Program-made: the position numbers and the translations under genes | NCBI GenBank assembly: GCA_951406725.2 | Contig: OX597841.1 | Location: 22,940,001-23,004,000 of the forward strand | Reading direction: 5' to 3' | Source: Octopus vulgaris | Lineage: Eukaryota | DNA length: 64,000 bases | Notes under the pieces: generated by a model | Told to the model about the DNA's origin: nothing | What the model saw: only the letters and a program-made list of their open reading frames with translations | The model's database searches: none | Shown here: in pieces, positions 37,501-49,348 of the stretch | Layout of the letters: the number at the start of each line of letters is the position of its first letter | How positions within the stretch are numbered: position 1 is the stretch's first letter

Positions 37501-39511
37501 TAACAATCATCATCATCGTTTAACGTCCGCTCTCCATGCTAGCATGAGTTGGACGATTTGACTGAGGACTGGCAAACCAGATGGCTGCACCAAGCTCCAA
37601 TCTTGATCTGACAGAGTTTCTACAGCTGGATGCCCTTCCTAATGCCAACCACTCCGAGAGTGTAGTGGGTGCTTTTGTATTCCACCAGCACAAGGGTCAG
37701 TCAGGCAGTTCTGGCAACGACCTCGCTTGAATCCTTTTACACATGCCCCCAGCACAGGTGCCAGTAAGGTGACATTGGTAACGATTCCGCTCGAATGGTT
37801 GCCCTTTTACGTCCCACTGACACGGAAGCCAGTTGGCAACGGCCACGCTCTAATGGTCTTTTTTTACATGCCACCTGGACAGCAGCCATTCCAGCGGCAC
37901 TGGCAACGACCTCACTCGAATGTTTATTCACGTGCCACCGGCACAAGTGGTAGTGAGGCGATGCTGGTAATGATCACGCTTGAATGGTGCTTTTCACGTG
38001 CCACCGGCATAGAAGCCACTAAGCCACACTAGCAACGACCACGCTCGATGGTGCTCTTAGCGCTCCACTAGCTCGGATGCCAGTCCTCGAATAAGAATTA
38101 CAGTACTCACATTTCCCAATTTACTCAAATACAACGACGACGTCAAACTATCACCCGTCAACTATTCCCATGACAGTTCTCTCAGCCCTAAGGCAGCAAG
38201 CTGGCAGAAACGTTAGCACGCCAGGCGAAAGGCTAAGCATGACTAATTCAAAACAATATGACATTTACGGTATATAGGCGCAGGAGTGGCTGTGTGGTAA
38301 GTAGCTTGTCTACCAACCACATGGTTCCGGGTTCAGTCCCACTGCGTGGCATCTTGGGCAAGTGTCTTCTGCTATAGCCCCGGGCCGACCAATGCCTTGT
38401 GAGTGGATTTGGTAGACGGAAACTGAAAGAAGCCCGTCGTATATATGTATATATATATATATGCGTGAGTGTGTTTGTGTGTCTGTGTTTGTCCCCCTAG
38501 CATTGCTTGACAGCCGATGCTGATGTGTTTGCGTCCCTGTCACTTAGCGGTTCGGCAAAAGAGACCGATAGAATAAGTACTGGGCTTACAAAGAATAAGT
38601 CCCGGGGTCGATTTGCTCGACTAAAGGCGGTGCTCCAGCATGGCCACAGTCAAATGACTGAAACAAGTAAAAGAGTAAAAGAGAGAGAGTATCTAAAGAT
38701 GGCTATAGCGAGTGTAACTCTTTAACATTCAGATTCTTGTGTGAAATGTAATGTTGAATCCAGCAAAGTCCATCTTCTCACCCCTACCATACATCAATGG
38801 AAATTGTAGTTGTGATACCAGTGCGGGTGGCACATAAATGAACCATCCGAACATGGCTGTTGCCAGCGCCGACCCGACTGGCCTCCGTGCTGGTGGCACG
38901 TAAAAAGCACCCTCTATGCTCATGGAGTGGTTGGCGTTAGGAAGGGCATCCAGCTGTAGAAACACTGCCAGATCAGACTGGAGCCTGGTGCAGCCTTCTG
39001 GCTTCCTAGACCCCAGTTGAACCGTCCAACCCATGCTAGCATGGAAAGTGGATGATGATGATGAAACAATACACTGTTTATTAAACTCACAATGGAAGTG
39101 CAAATAAAGTTATCATCTACTCTTGAATTTCAGCCGCTTGTTTTTTTGTAGTATATAATATTCTTAAGCAAGCAAAGCACCCATTACACTCTCGGAATGG
39201 TTGGTGTTAGGAAGGACATCCAGTTGTAGAAAAAACAACGCCAAACCGACTAGAGTGTGGTGCAGCCTTCCAGGCTGTCAGCCCGGTCAAACTGTCCAAC
39301 CCCATATCAGCATGGACAATGAATGTTAAATGATGATGATGACGATGATGATGATAATGAATCAACATCTCAGACAACATTTTCATTGATCATGACACTT
39401 ATAAAAACCATCCCCTTTTTTCAAGCAAGCTTTTACTGCACAAGCAATATATATATATATATATATATATCATCATCATCATCATCATCGTTTGAAATAT
39501 ATATATATATG

Positions 39512-39677
39512 TGCTTTATTTAAAAGCAGCAGATTCAACAAAACCTGTTACTTGGAGTTTCACGTTCCCGTTCGTCGGACAGTTTTGTCAAAATTTTAAC
39601 AAAACTGTCCGACGAACGGGAACGTGAAACTCCGAGTAACAGGTTTTGTTGAATTTCTGCTGCTTTTAAATAAAGCA
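39512..39677. repeat. Near-perfect ~80 bp-arm palindrome; each arm contains a minimal hammerhead motif
   Basis: Arms are reverse complements around ~39593. The right arm (39598-39650) reads stem I CTGT/ACAG, CCGACGA, stem II ACG-GGAA-CGT, GAAA, stem III ACTC/GAGT, GUA. Confidence 0.8.
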
Positions 39678-40034
39678 TATTACTCTACCCCTGGTATTTG
39701 AGTGCTCTTTTTTTCCTCCTTGTTTCACATTTATGTGTTTACTCCGGTATATATATATAATAGAAATATGTTACAAAAAGAAAATAGAGACTATACGTGG
39801 TAATGTAAGGGGAAAGTAAGAAAAATAGACGAAAATGCACGTTGTAAATCAAAAAAGTGAAGGGTTTTTATGAAAAGTAAGGAAAGATATATACAATTAG
39901 ATGAACTGTGGTAGGAATAAAAGCAATAAAAGTCATTATTGTGAAATTATTAAAGAGATTGAACCATACCGGTTTCGTAAATTACTCATCATTGCTTTGA
40001 ATACAACAATTCATTGCTTTGAATGCACACCAAT

Positions 40035-40075
<41 letters not shown>

Positions 40076-40825
40076 TCATCATTTAGCGTCCGTTTTCCAT
40101 GCTAGCATGGGTTGGACGGTTCAACTGGGGTCTGTGAAGCCGGAAGGCTGCATCAGGCCCAGTCAGATCTGGCAGTGTTTCTACAGCTGGATGCCCTTCC
40201 TAACACCAACCACTCTGTGAGTGTAGTGGGTGCTTTTTACGTGCCACCCGCACAGGTGCCAGACGGAGCTGGCAAACGGCCACGAACGGATGGTGCTTTT
40301 ACGTGCCACCGGCACGGGGGGCCAGGCGAGACTGGCAACAGACACAAACGGATGTGCTTTTACATGCCACCGGCACGGGGGCCAGGCGAGGCTGGCAATT
40401 TGTGTGTGTCTTTTGGTTTTTATTGGGATTAATTTACATTTAGGACATTTTAAGAATATAAATATTATCTTCATAATATAAAACAAACACCACAATTTTA
40501 GAGATTTTTTGTAGAGTTAAATCTTAATAAAAGTTCTCTTTTTGAGAAAGAGTTGTTTTGAAGATAGTTAAATCGGGAAGAGTCCATTTGCAAACACACA
40601 TGCACATATGTATATATATATATCTCAATAGGTGAATGAATTATCCTATGTTTATCGTCAGCATGGAAAATTCGTTGAACCGAAACCTGGGTAGCAAATT
40701 CACGTCAGAAAACACAGTTGAAGCGACCTGTCCAAGGGTAGAAACTCCGGGTTCATGTGCAGAAATTTGTGTGTTGTATATGAATAAATGAAAGAATGGA
40801 GTCGAACGAAGATGTTAACAAAATT

Positions 40826-40918
40826 CCTTTACTCTCGACATATGTTTCGAAGACAACATGGTTTCATTCCAAAGGAATAAAGGGAGCATTATGCAATCTT
40901 CTCATCAGGAAAGAAAGG
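40826..40918 (-). ncRNA. Type I hammerhead ribozyme with canonical core
   Basis: Minus strand: CCTTTCTTTC-CTGATGA-GAAGA...TCTTC-GAAA-CATATG-TC-GAGAGTAAAGG, i.e. stem I, CUGAUGA, long stem II, GAAA, palindromic stem III ACAUAUGU, GUC cleavage site (between 40837 and 40836). Confidence 0.8.
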
Positions 40919-41259
40919 GAGCCTTCGTTTTGTTTACCATGCAGGAAATCATCAAAATGTTTGTTTGTCTTGTTGTTGAGAGAGGCTCTCAAAGAAAAAA
41001 TAAGAGGAAAAGAAAAGAAATCAAAGAAAATGAAAGTAAGAACAATGTCATCTATGACAACAGTTACAAGAACAACGTAACAGAAATGAAAAGAAAAAGA
41101 ATGGTGATGAAAGGTGTGGGTGTATACTTATACATACATACTAACATACATGTGGAGGCGCAATGGCCCAGTGGATAGGGCAGTGGACTCGCGGTTTCGA
41201 TTGCCAGACCGGGCGTTGTGAGTGTTTATTGAGCGAAAACACCTAAAGCTCCACGAGGC

Positions 41260-42370
41260 TTGGACTGCATTTTGTAGTTTCATTATTTCAACTCCTTGAA
41301 GGATTGAGCAGATCTTTTCAAAGTACCATTGTCAATATAGGTAGCATGTTGCATAATGTCAAACTGAAGGTGGGGAGCTATATGCAGCGAAGAAAAATTT
41401 CAGGAGCTGTTCGATAGAGCAGAAAAAATGATTTATCAACTTGACTTTTCTCCTTTGGGGTTACCCATGCAACGAAAAGTTCCTAAAAGATACCAGGAAG
41501 GAAATGCATTAAAATATCAACACTGCACTGTTTTGGATCATTAGAAAGTGCAGTACTTGCAGGTAGTGGATACTGCAATAGCAAATTTGAAAGATAATTT
41601 CTTTTCAGGATTTAGCAGATTATGAAAAACTGAGCAATATTTTACTCAATGGAAATTTTGTGCTGAAGTGATCATGCAGTATTCAGAGCTTGATGAATTT
41701 CCTTTAACCCTTTCGATAACAACCAGGCTGAAACCGCCCCTGGTTCTGTAGTACAAATGTCTTGTTTTCATAAGTTTTGAATTAAAATCTTCCACCAAAC
41801 CTTAGTCACAATTAATGTTCCTAACACTAGCTTAATGATAACCAAGTTATTTTACTAAATTCTTTGTTGTATCTAAAATAATTGAGAGAAACATAGAGCA
41901 TCTCAAAATAAATATAGTAACAAAAGGGTTAAGGAATGAAATAGTTTTTTTATAGAAATCATCATAATCATCATTTATCATCATTTAACATCCGCTTTCC
42001 ATGCTGGCATGGGTTGGACGGTTCAACTGGGGTCTGGGGAGCCCGAAGGCTGCACCAGGCTCCAGTCTGATCTGGCAGTGTTTCTACAGCTGGATGCCCT
42101 TCCTAACGCCAACCACTCCGAGAGTGTAGTGGGTGATTTTATATGCCACCGACACAGGTGCCAGACGAGGCTGGCGAACGGCCACGATCGGATGGTGTTT
42201 GTTACGTGCCCACAGCACGGATTTGGTGAAATGCAACCAGAAGACCATCGCATGTTTCCAAATGTTGAGCGGTTGCTCAGTCTCCTTATAGTGTGTCCAA
42301 CCAGTTCTTGTGAAGATGAAAGATCTTTTAGAGCACGGCAGTGACTCAAACCTTGGCTGCGATTGACCAA
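41260..42370 (+). mobile_element. Fragmented hAT transposase relic (C-terminal half), interrupted by a MITE and a retroposon
   Basis: LFDRAEKMI...QRKVPKRY...QYLQVVDTAIANLK and [27 protein letters not shown]...LKPWLR (hAT dimerisation motif). Other copies at 43328-43810 and 49528-51170. Confidence 0.75.
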
Positions 42371-43799
42371 GACTCATCAAAAGATGGAATCACATTCTAA
42401 TAGACCACGTTCATAGAGGTGTTTTATTCTTTGCTCACTTGATATTTTAACGAAGATGCAGTCTTCACTAAAATATAAATTCTTTTTAACCCTTTAGTGT
42501 TTAAACTGGCCATATCTGACCCAGTATATTCTACGTGTATTATATTTAAACTGGCCATATCCAGCCTCTCACACCTAACCTACATTGACATTCTAAAAAT
42601 AAACAATCACATCATTGAAACCCCAAAGCTATAAGATAATGTTTTATTAATTCAAAACAATTTGAGTAAAAAATATTACATTTAACAGAGTCATCTGAAA
42701 ACTAAAGGGTTGAACTTATTTTTTATATCTGAATTTCATTTGAATCGTCATCATCATCATCGTTTAATGTCCGTTCTCCATGCTAGAATGGGTTGGACGG
42801 TTCGACCGGGGTTCTGGGAAGCCAGAAGGCTACACCAGGCTCCAGTCTTATCTGACAATGTTTCTACAGCTGGATGCCCTTCCTAACGCCAACCTGTCCG
42901 TGAGTGTAGTGGGTGCTTTTTACATGCCAACTGCACTGGTGCCAGGCGAGGCTGGCAACGGCCACGGTCGGATTGGTGTATTTTACATGCCACCGGCACA
43001 GAGGCCAGTCGAGGCAGCGCTGGCATCGGCCACGAGTCGGATAGTGCTTTTTACGTACCACCAGACCAGGGATCCTGGCTGGTTCAATTCGATTTCGATT
43101 ATATAAAATTTAATTAGCATAAAATTTTCCCCATGTGATTGGGTCCAGGAAAGGCACAATAAGCACTACGAACATGCTTCTTTAAGAATCAACATATATT
43201 GGTTTGTCTCCCTCACATTTTAAATGCAAACAAGAAACCCTGACTATGTATATGAACTCGAAGACTAGAATGGTTTTTCTCCAGGGTGGATTCTTACATG
43301 CTTTTTTAAAAATCACCAATCGAAAATATTTTATAGAAATCATCATAGTGGATCATCTCTCAAAGATCATTGTAAAATGTTTGGTGAAATGCAACCAGAA
43401 ATCCATCGCATGTTTCCAAATGTTGAGCGATTGCTCAGGCTACTATTTTTATTCCTTCTCGAGCCATTCCTGGCTCATAAGGGCCGGTTTCCCGGTTTCC
43501 TTGGCGTATAGGTTCTTCACCTGGATGGGACGCCAGTCCGTCGCAGGTGAGCTGCAAGATGCAGGAGGAAAGAGTGTGAGAAAGTTGTGGCAAAAGAGTC
43601 AGCAGAAATTCGCAATTACCTTCTGCCGGAGTCGCAAAGAGCTTAGGTGTTTCACTCATAAACACACACATTGCCCGGTCTGAGATTCGAACCCGCGATC
43701 CTTCAACCCCGAGTCCGCTGCTCTAACCACTAGGCCATGTGCCTCCACTCAGTCTCCTTATAGTGTGTCCAACCAGTTCTTGTGAGGATGAAAGATCTT

Positions 43800-44964
43800 T
43801 TAGGGCACTGCAATAGCACTGTGTACTTTTTGGTGAATAACAAGACTTGTTCTCCCAGAAAACATATTCCCACACGTTTTACACATGAAGCGTTTATTAT
43901 CCCCAGTATGAATCCTTTTGTGAACTATAAGATTAGAACTATCAGAGAAACATTTCCCACACGTCTCACAATGGTAGGGTTTCTCCCCGCTATGGATTCG
44001 TTTGTGTCTCTTCAAATGACAATTATTCTTAAATGACTCCCCACATGTCTCACAACGATAGGGCCTTTCTCCTGTGTGTACCCGCCTGTGTGTTGCTAAG
44101 TTACCATGAGAAGCGAAATATTTATCACATGTTTCACAATGATAGGGTTTTTCTCCAGAGTGTCTCCTTTGGTGAACCACAAGACTGGAATTCGTATTGA
44201 ACGATTCCCCACACATTTTACAGCAGAATGGTTTCTCTCCACTATGAATCCTCCTGTGTTTTTTTAAAACGCTTCTAACATTAAACGATTTGCCACAGAG
44301 ATCACAGGTGAAGGGTTTCTCTCCCGTATGTACCCTCACGTGGTTTTTCAAATCAGATCTGCTCACAAAACTTTTCCCACATATATCACAGTCAAAGGGC
44401 TTTTCCCCACTGTGTATTCGTTGATGAGCTACAAGAGTAGAACGTTGAGAGAATGATTTACCACACATTTCACAACGATAGTTTTTTTCCCCCGTGTGGA
44501 TTCTTACGTGAACTACAAGATCATATTCATCAAAGAAAGCTTTCTCACACGTTTCACAACGATACTTTTTTTCTGCTGTATGTATTCGTTTGTGCTTTGT
44601 TAAATAACTTTTACAGACGAATGATTTCTCACATAATTCACACTGATATGGTTTTTCTTCACTGTGTAATTTTTTATGATTTGTTAAATAACGATTAGCA
44701 GCAAAATCTTTCTCACACGTTTCACATCGATATAGTTTCTCTGTTTTGTGTATTTCTTTGTGCGTTAAAACTTCTTGTTCTGAAGAGAATGTTTTCCTAC
44801 AAATCTCACAGCGATATTCAGGAATATTCCTTTTATCTAATAATCATTTCTTTAGATTCATTAATTAAAGGCTTTTCGTCGCTGAATGTCCGTGTAACTG
44901 TTTCTGTATCGGTCTGAACAGTCGGGTTAGAAGTGTTCAACCGATTAATGTCCTGCATTTTCAT
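43800..44964 (-). pseudogene. C2H2 zinc-finger gene ZF6, 12 fingers, broken by one 1-bp insertion at ~44844 (pseudogene or assembly error)
   Basis: The paralogous ATG is at 44964. GAAATGATTATTA replaces GAAATGTTATTA and gives an early TAA; everything downstream is one open finger frame. Confidence 0.8.
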
Positions 44965-46379
44965 TCTTCAGAATTCAGGAATATATTAATATATAACGAT
45001 CCAGTTCCTTGTCTTGAATCTCATAAGAATTTTGATAACGTTTGTGGAAAATATGTAATGCAGATATATATTCTATTCGCTACGAAAATGCAGATTGTCA
45101 ACTGGGTCGTCTCTTTTCTCTTTTAAGAGATGTGGATATAGTTTAATAAAGGCAAAAACGATTTTAGAGAGAGATCATAAATGACAGGTAACAGAACTTC
45201 AGGTGAACATTTTGTTTTTTTCTCGTAGCTTATAACAAAACAATCCCTTAGCATAATAGTAAATCATTGAAAGACAGGGCGATGCAATTTTCCATTAACG
45301 ATTGTAAGGTGCGCGCAATGATATTCCGAATGAGTTACAAACAATCGACGATGTAACTTCATCTATGATGGAATTAATTAATGATGAAGGTGATAGAACA
45401 CTGACCCTGAAACATGTAGGCAATCAGATGTCGTCCACAAACATTAATATGTCCTCGTAATATAATTATTACACATTATAACAATTAAATTGCCGAAACG
45501 ATGGATTTATCGGTGACATAGGTTAAAAGTCCCCACCAAAATTTAGTACATTCAGAAATGCCGTTCTTTGGCGTTTATCAGTTTGGGGTTGATTAAATGT
45601 GTACAAATTAAAAACAGATGTTGATGTAATCTATTTACCCGCTGTCCTGAAATTTCTGGCTTTGTGGCAAAATTTGAAATCAAATATTAGCACACTTCTG
45701 TTTTAATGATATAAAGTAAAACTTATCCTTAAGTATTTCGCCCGGCGGGCTAACGTAATATGAAAAATATCTAGCTTCTGACCAGTGTAATTCAGAATTT
45801 CAAGAAAATACTCTCATTTAATATCTCAGAAGATTGAATTGATTCAATCAACTTAGTCTATGACAAATGCTCTAAAATACTTTTATTTCAGTCCTTTAGC
45901 ATTCAAAAGTAATGCTTATTTATTCATATTGTTTGAATTAATCATGCATTATCTCTGTTACGATATAGGTATACATGTCTGGTGTAAAATGGTATTACAC
46001 AATAAAATACTTGGTGTGGATATATAACAATAACGTATCGCAGAAATATATATTAACACAGAACGCATTCCGTATTACTCAGGCGTGGGTATGATACTCA
46101 GTATTCACTGTTCAACTACCGACTGCTAAATCATCACATATCGAACTAACACCCATTTATTTATTCTGGCACTACGGCCATAACTTAGGGGAGATAGCAC
46201 AAGGACAGACAAAGCAATAGATTGGGGTACATGAAAATACATATCGGATGAATCATGAATATAATTAAAATGAGAATGAAATGGCTTTCCTACCCTCCAA
46301 AGGAGGTAGTTCCATTTTACTGTTTTCTTAAATTAGTTTTACTTTGCAGTCCTGCATCTTTTCTTTAACACAAAATTAC

Positions 46380-47750
46380 AACAAATGCTGCATTATTATA
46401 TCGTCAAAAATTTCAACAGACGGCAGCTCGTCGTATCTATACTGAAATCCTGTTATTTCAACTCTTTCCCCCCCCCCCCAAATAGTTCTACTAACAACTC
46501 CCCTCTTTCTCTCTCCAACAGCACACCCTTCTTACCTTCATGGTTTTCCATTTTCACTCTGATTATATTTTTCATTATTGTTACTCTCTTTTCAATTTCA
46601 ACACTTTTTTTAATATATTATGAAGCTTCTTAATTTTCTCCCTGTACATATTGTTCTCTGATATCCTTCACCACTCGCTTCGTCCATCATAAATTTCTCT
46701 GTCTCTTTCATTTCCTTCCTTCTTCCTTGCTAGTTGAGGGCGACAGTTCATGCGTTCGCATTTCACTTGATTTTATATCTTTTCTTTCTTATTCTTCTCT
46801 TCATTTGTCTTTTTTTTTTCTTATTGGGCTTTTTGGTGGTGATTCGAAGTACTTTTTTCTTTTCCCCACCGTAAATGGCTCTTCCATTTTCTCTTCCTCT
46901 ACTGCTGTACTCTCTTGAATTTCTTTTTCTGTTATTTCACTCTCGTGTTTCTGGGGACACTTGGCCTTCATGTCTCCCCCTTACTCCACACAAAAAACAT
47001 ATTGGAGATCTAGCTTCCACAACAATCCTCAATCTAGTTTCATCCGGCAAAACCAGCTTTTCCACAATCTTATGGATGTCTGGCAGACTTATACGAACTG
47101 TCACCTCTAGCCCATATCCGTAATAGTTCACCTCCGTAGTTTTGGACACTTTCAGAATTTCTACATCTTCCTCTGTATGGTAGAGGATGGCTGCCACCTG
47201 CCATGCCTCGTCAATTTCAAGGGGCAATCTACCTATCCTTACTCTGGGCGCTCGTTTGCCACAGTAAGCAGGCAGTGGTGCCCACTCAGGTGATTTCAAG
47301 GCCACAGTGGAGTATTTATTTATTTGCTTCATTTTCGTTTACATAGCACACCTCCACCATGCCGAATTTCCGCCCTCTGGTGTAGAACGTGGTACAGACC
47401 TTCACCTCACTCAAACGCTCCTCTACTGCTTCTGTCCTTGCTGTTTCTACTTTCTTCGTTGCTATGTTTAACGTTCTGTAGATAATAGTTCTTTTCTCGA
47501 GATTCTCAATAACTTCTTTGGGAGGCGTCAGCCTAAGACAGTCTCTCTCCTTTTACAACAAACCGTTATACTTCTTGAGGTTCTTATCCTTAACTTCTAT
47601 TTCACAAACTTGCAGTAGCTCTGCTGACAGGCTTTTGCCAGTCGCTGCAGCTTAACTTCCCGCTTGTACTAGTCTATTTTCCGTGTTATTTACAACTTCA
47701 CCCATAAATGGGGAAGACAAATGAAAATTCCAACAAATTCAACAGGTTTA
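46380..47750 (-). mobile_element. Degenerate Gag-like LINE ORF1 relic with zinc-knuckle remnant, long copy
   Basis: RLRIVVEARSPICFLCGVRG then, after a frameshift, MKAKCPQ (CCHC-knuckle-like), followed by a K/E-rich tail. No ORF2 is visible. Confidence 0.6.
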
Positions 47751-49051
47751 TAATAATCATCATCATCATTTAACGTGCTCATGATAAGTATTCTTCAATG
47801 TCAGTAGATTAGAAGTTTAGATTTGTGAGAAATTTTCTTACATCAAGCAATTAAAATATTTTCCTTTTGTATATATTTGTTTGCCTTTTTAAGAGACCCA
47901 CCCTCCTCTTCACTGTCAGGAGGCACAAGCACTTACACACACATGTACACATGCAACGAGAATTTCTGCCTACCAAATTCAATCACAAAGCTTTGGTTGG
48001 CCGAAGGCTAAAGCAGAAGACACTTGCCCAAGGTGCTGTGCAGTGGGACTGAACTCGAAACCATGTGGTTGAGAAGATGGTTAATGCTAAAAGATTTACA
48101 AAGAATACTTTCAACAAATCTTCTGAATATTCTCCTCCTGGACATAACTAGTAACAACAAGGCTTTTGAATGTATAATTTTCCACAAATTTTATAGACAA
48201 ATGTTTTACTCTTGCATTTTTCTCATTAACCCCTGTACTATTCTAATCAGGATTAATGAGGGATCTCATTGTAATTCACAGTAATGGATTTCCCAAAAAC
48301 TTTAACCCTTCAGCACATAAACTAGCCATATCTGACCTCAGATACCGGTCGAACCGTCCAACCCATGCTAGCATGGAGAACAGACGTTAAACGATGATGA
48401 TGATGGTGATGACTGTAAGTTTCAATCAGTATTGAATTTTGTTTGTTCGATATTTACATCCATTTGGTAAAAATTAAGAGATAAACTCATCAATAATTTG
48501 AATGACAATTGTATGACATTTTTATATGTATTTGTCTCTCTAAGTGAATATAGAAAAATAGACAATACACTGTTTATTAAACTCACAATGGAAGTGCAAA
48601 TAAAGTTATCATCTACTCTTGAATTTCAGCCGCTTGTTTTTTTGTAGTATATAATATTCTTAAGCAAGCAAAGCACCACTACACTCTCGGAATGGTTGGC
48701 GTTAGGAAGGACATCCAGTTGTAGAAAAAACAACGCCAAACCGACTAGAGTGTGGTGCAGCCTTCCAGGCTGTCAGCCCGGTCAAACTGTCCAACCCCCA
48801 TATCAGCATGGACAATGAATGTTAAATGATGGTGACGATGATGATGATAATGAATTGTTAACATCTCAGACAACATTTTCATTGATCAGGACACTTATAA
48901 AAACCATCCCCTTTTTCCAAGCAACCTTTTACTGCACAAACAATATATATATATATATAAAATAATAATAATAAATATTAGGGAATAAATCCAAATTTAC
49001 AGGGAAAAATCAGATTTATGATTGAATCCAATTTTATAGTAAAATATAATA

Positions 49052-49288
49052 CAATATTAATTAGAGACAAAACCACTATTATGCAAATCAAACAAAGAAA
49101 GACTTAATCCAATACATTAAAAATTTTATATAAATTAAATATAATTAAGATTAATTAAGATATCTAACACCAACCATTCTGAGAGTGCAATGGGTGCTTT
49201 GCTTGCTTAAGAATATCTTAATTAATTTTTTATGTATTGGATTAAGTCTTTCTTTGTTTGATTTGCATAATAGTGGTTTTGTCTCCAA

Positions 49289-49296
<8 letters not shown>
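49052..49296. repeat. ~70 bp inverted repeat inserted in a (TA)n tract
   Basis: 49052-49125 is the reverse complement of 49224-49296. Confidence 0.8.
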
Positions 49297-49348
<52 letters not shown>

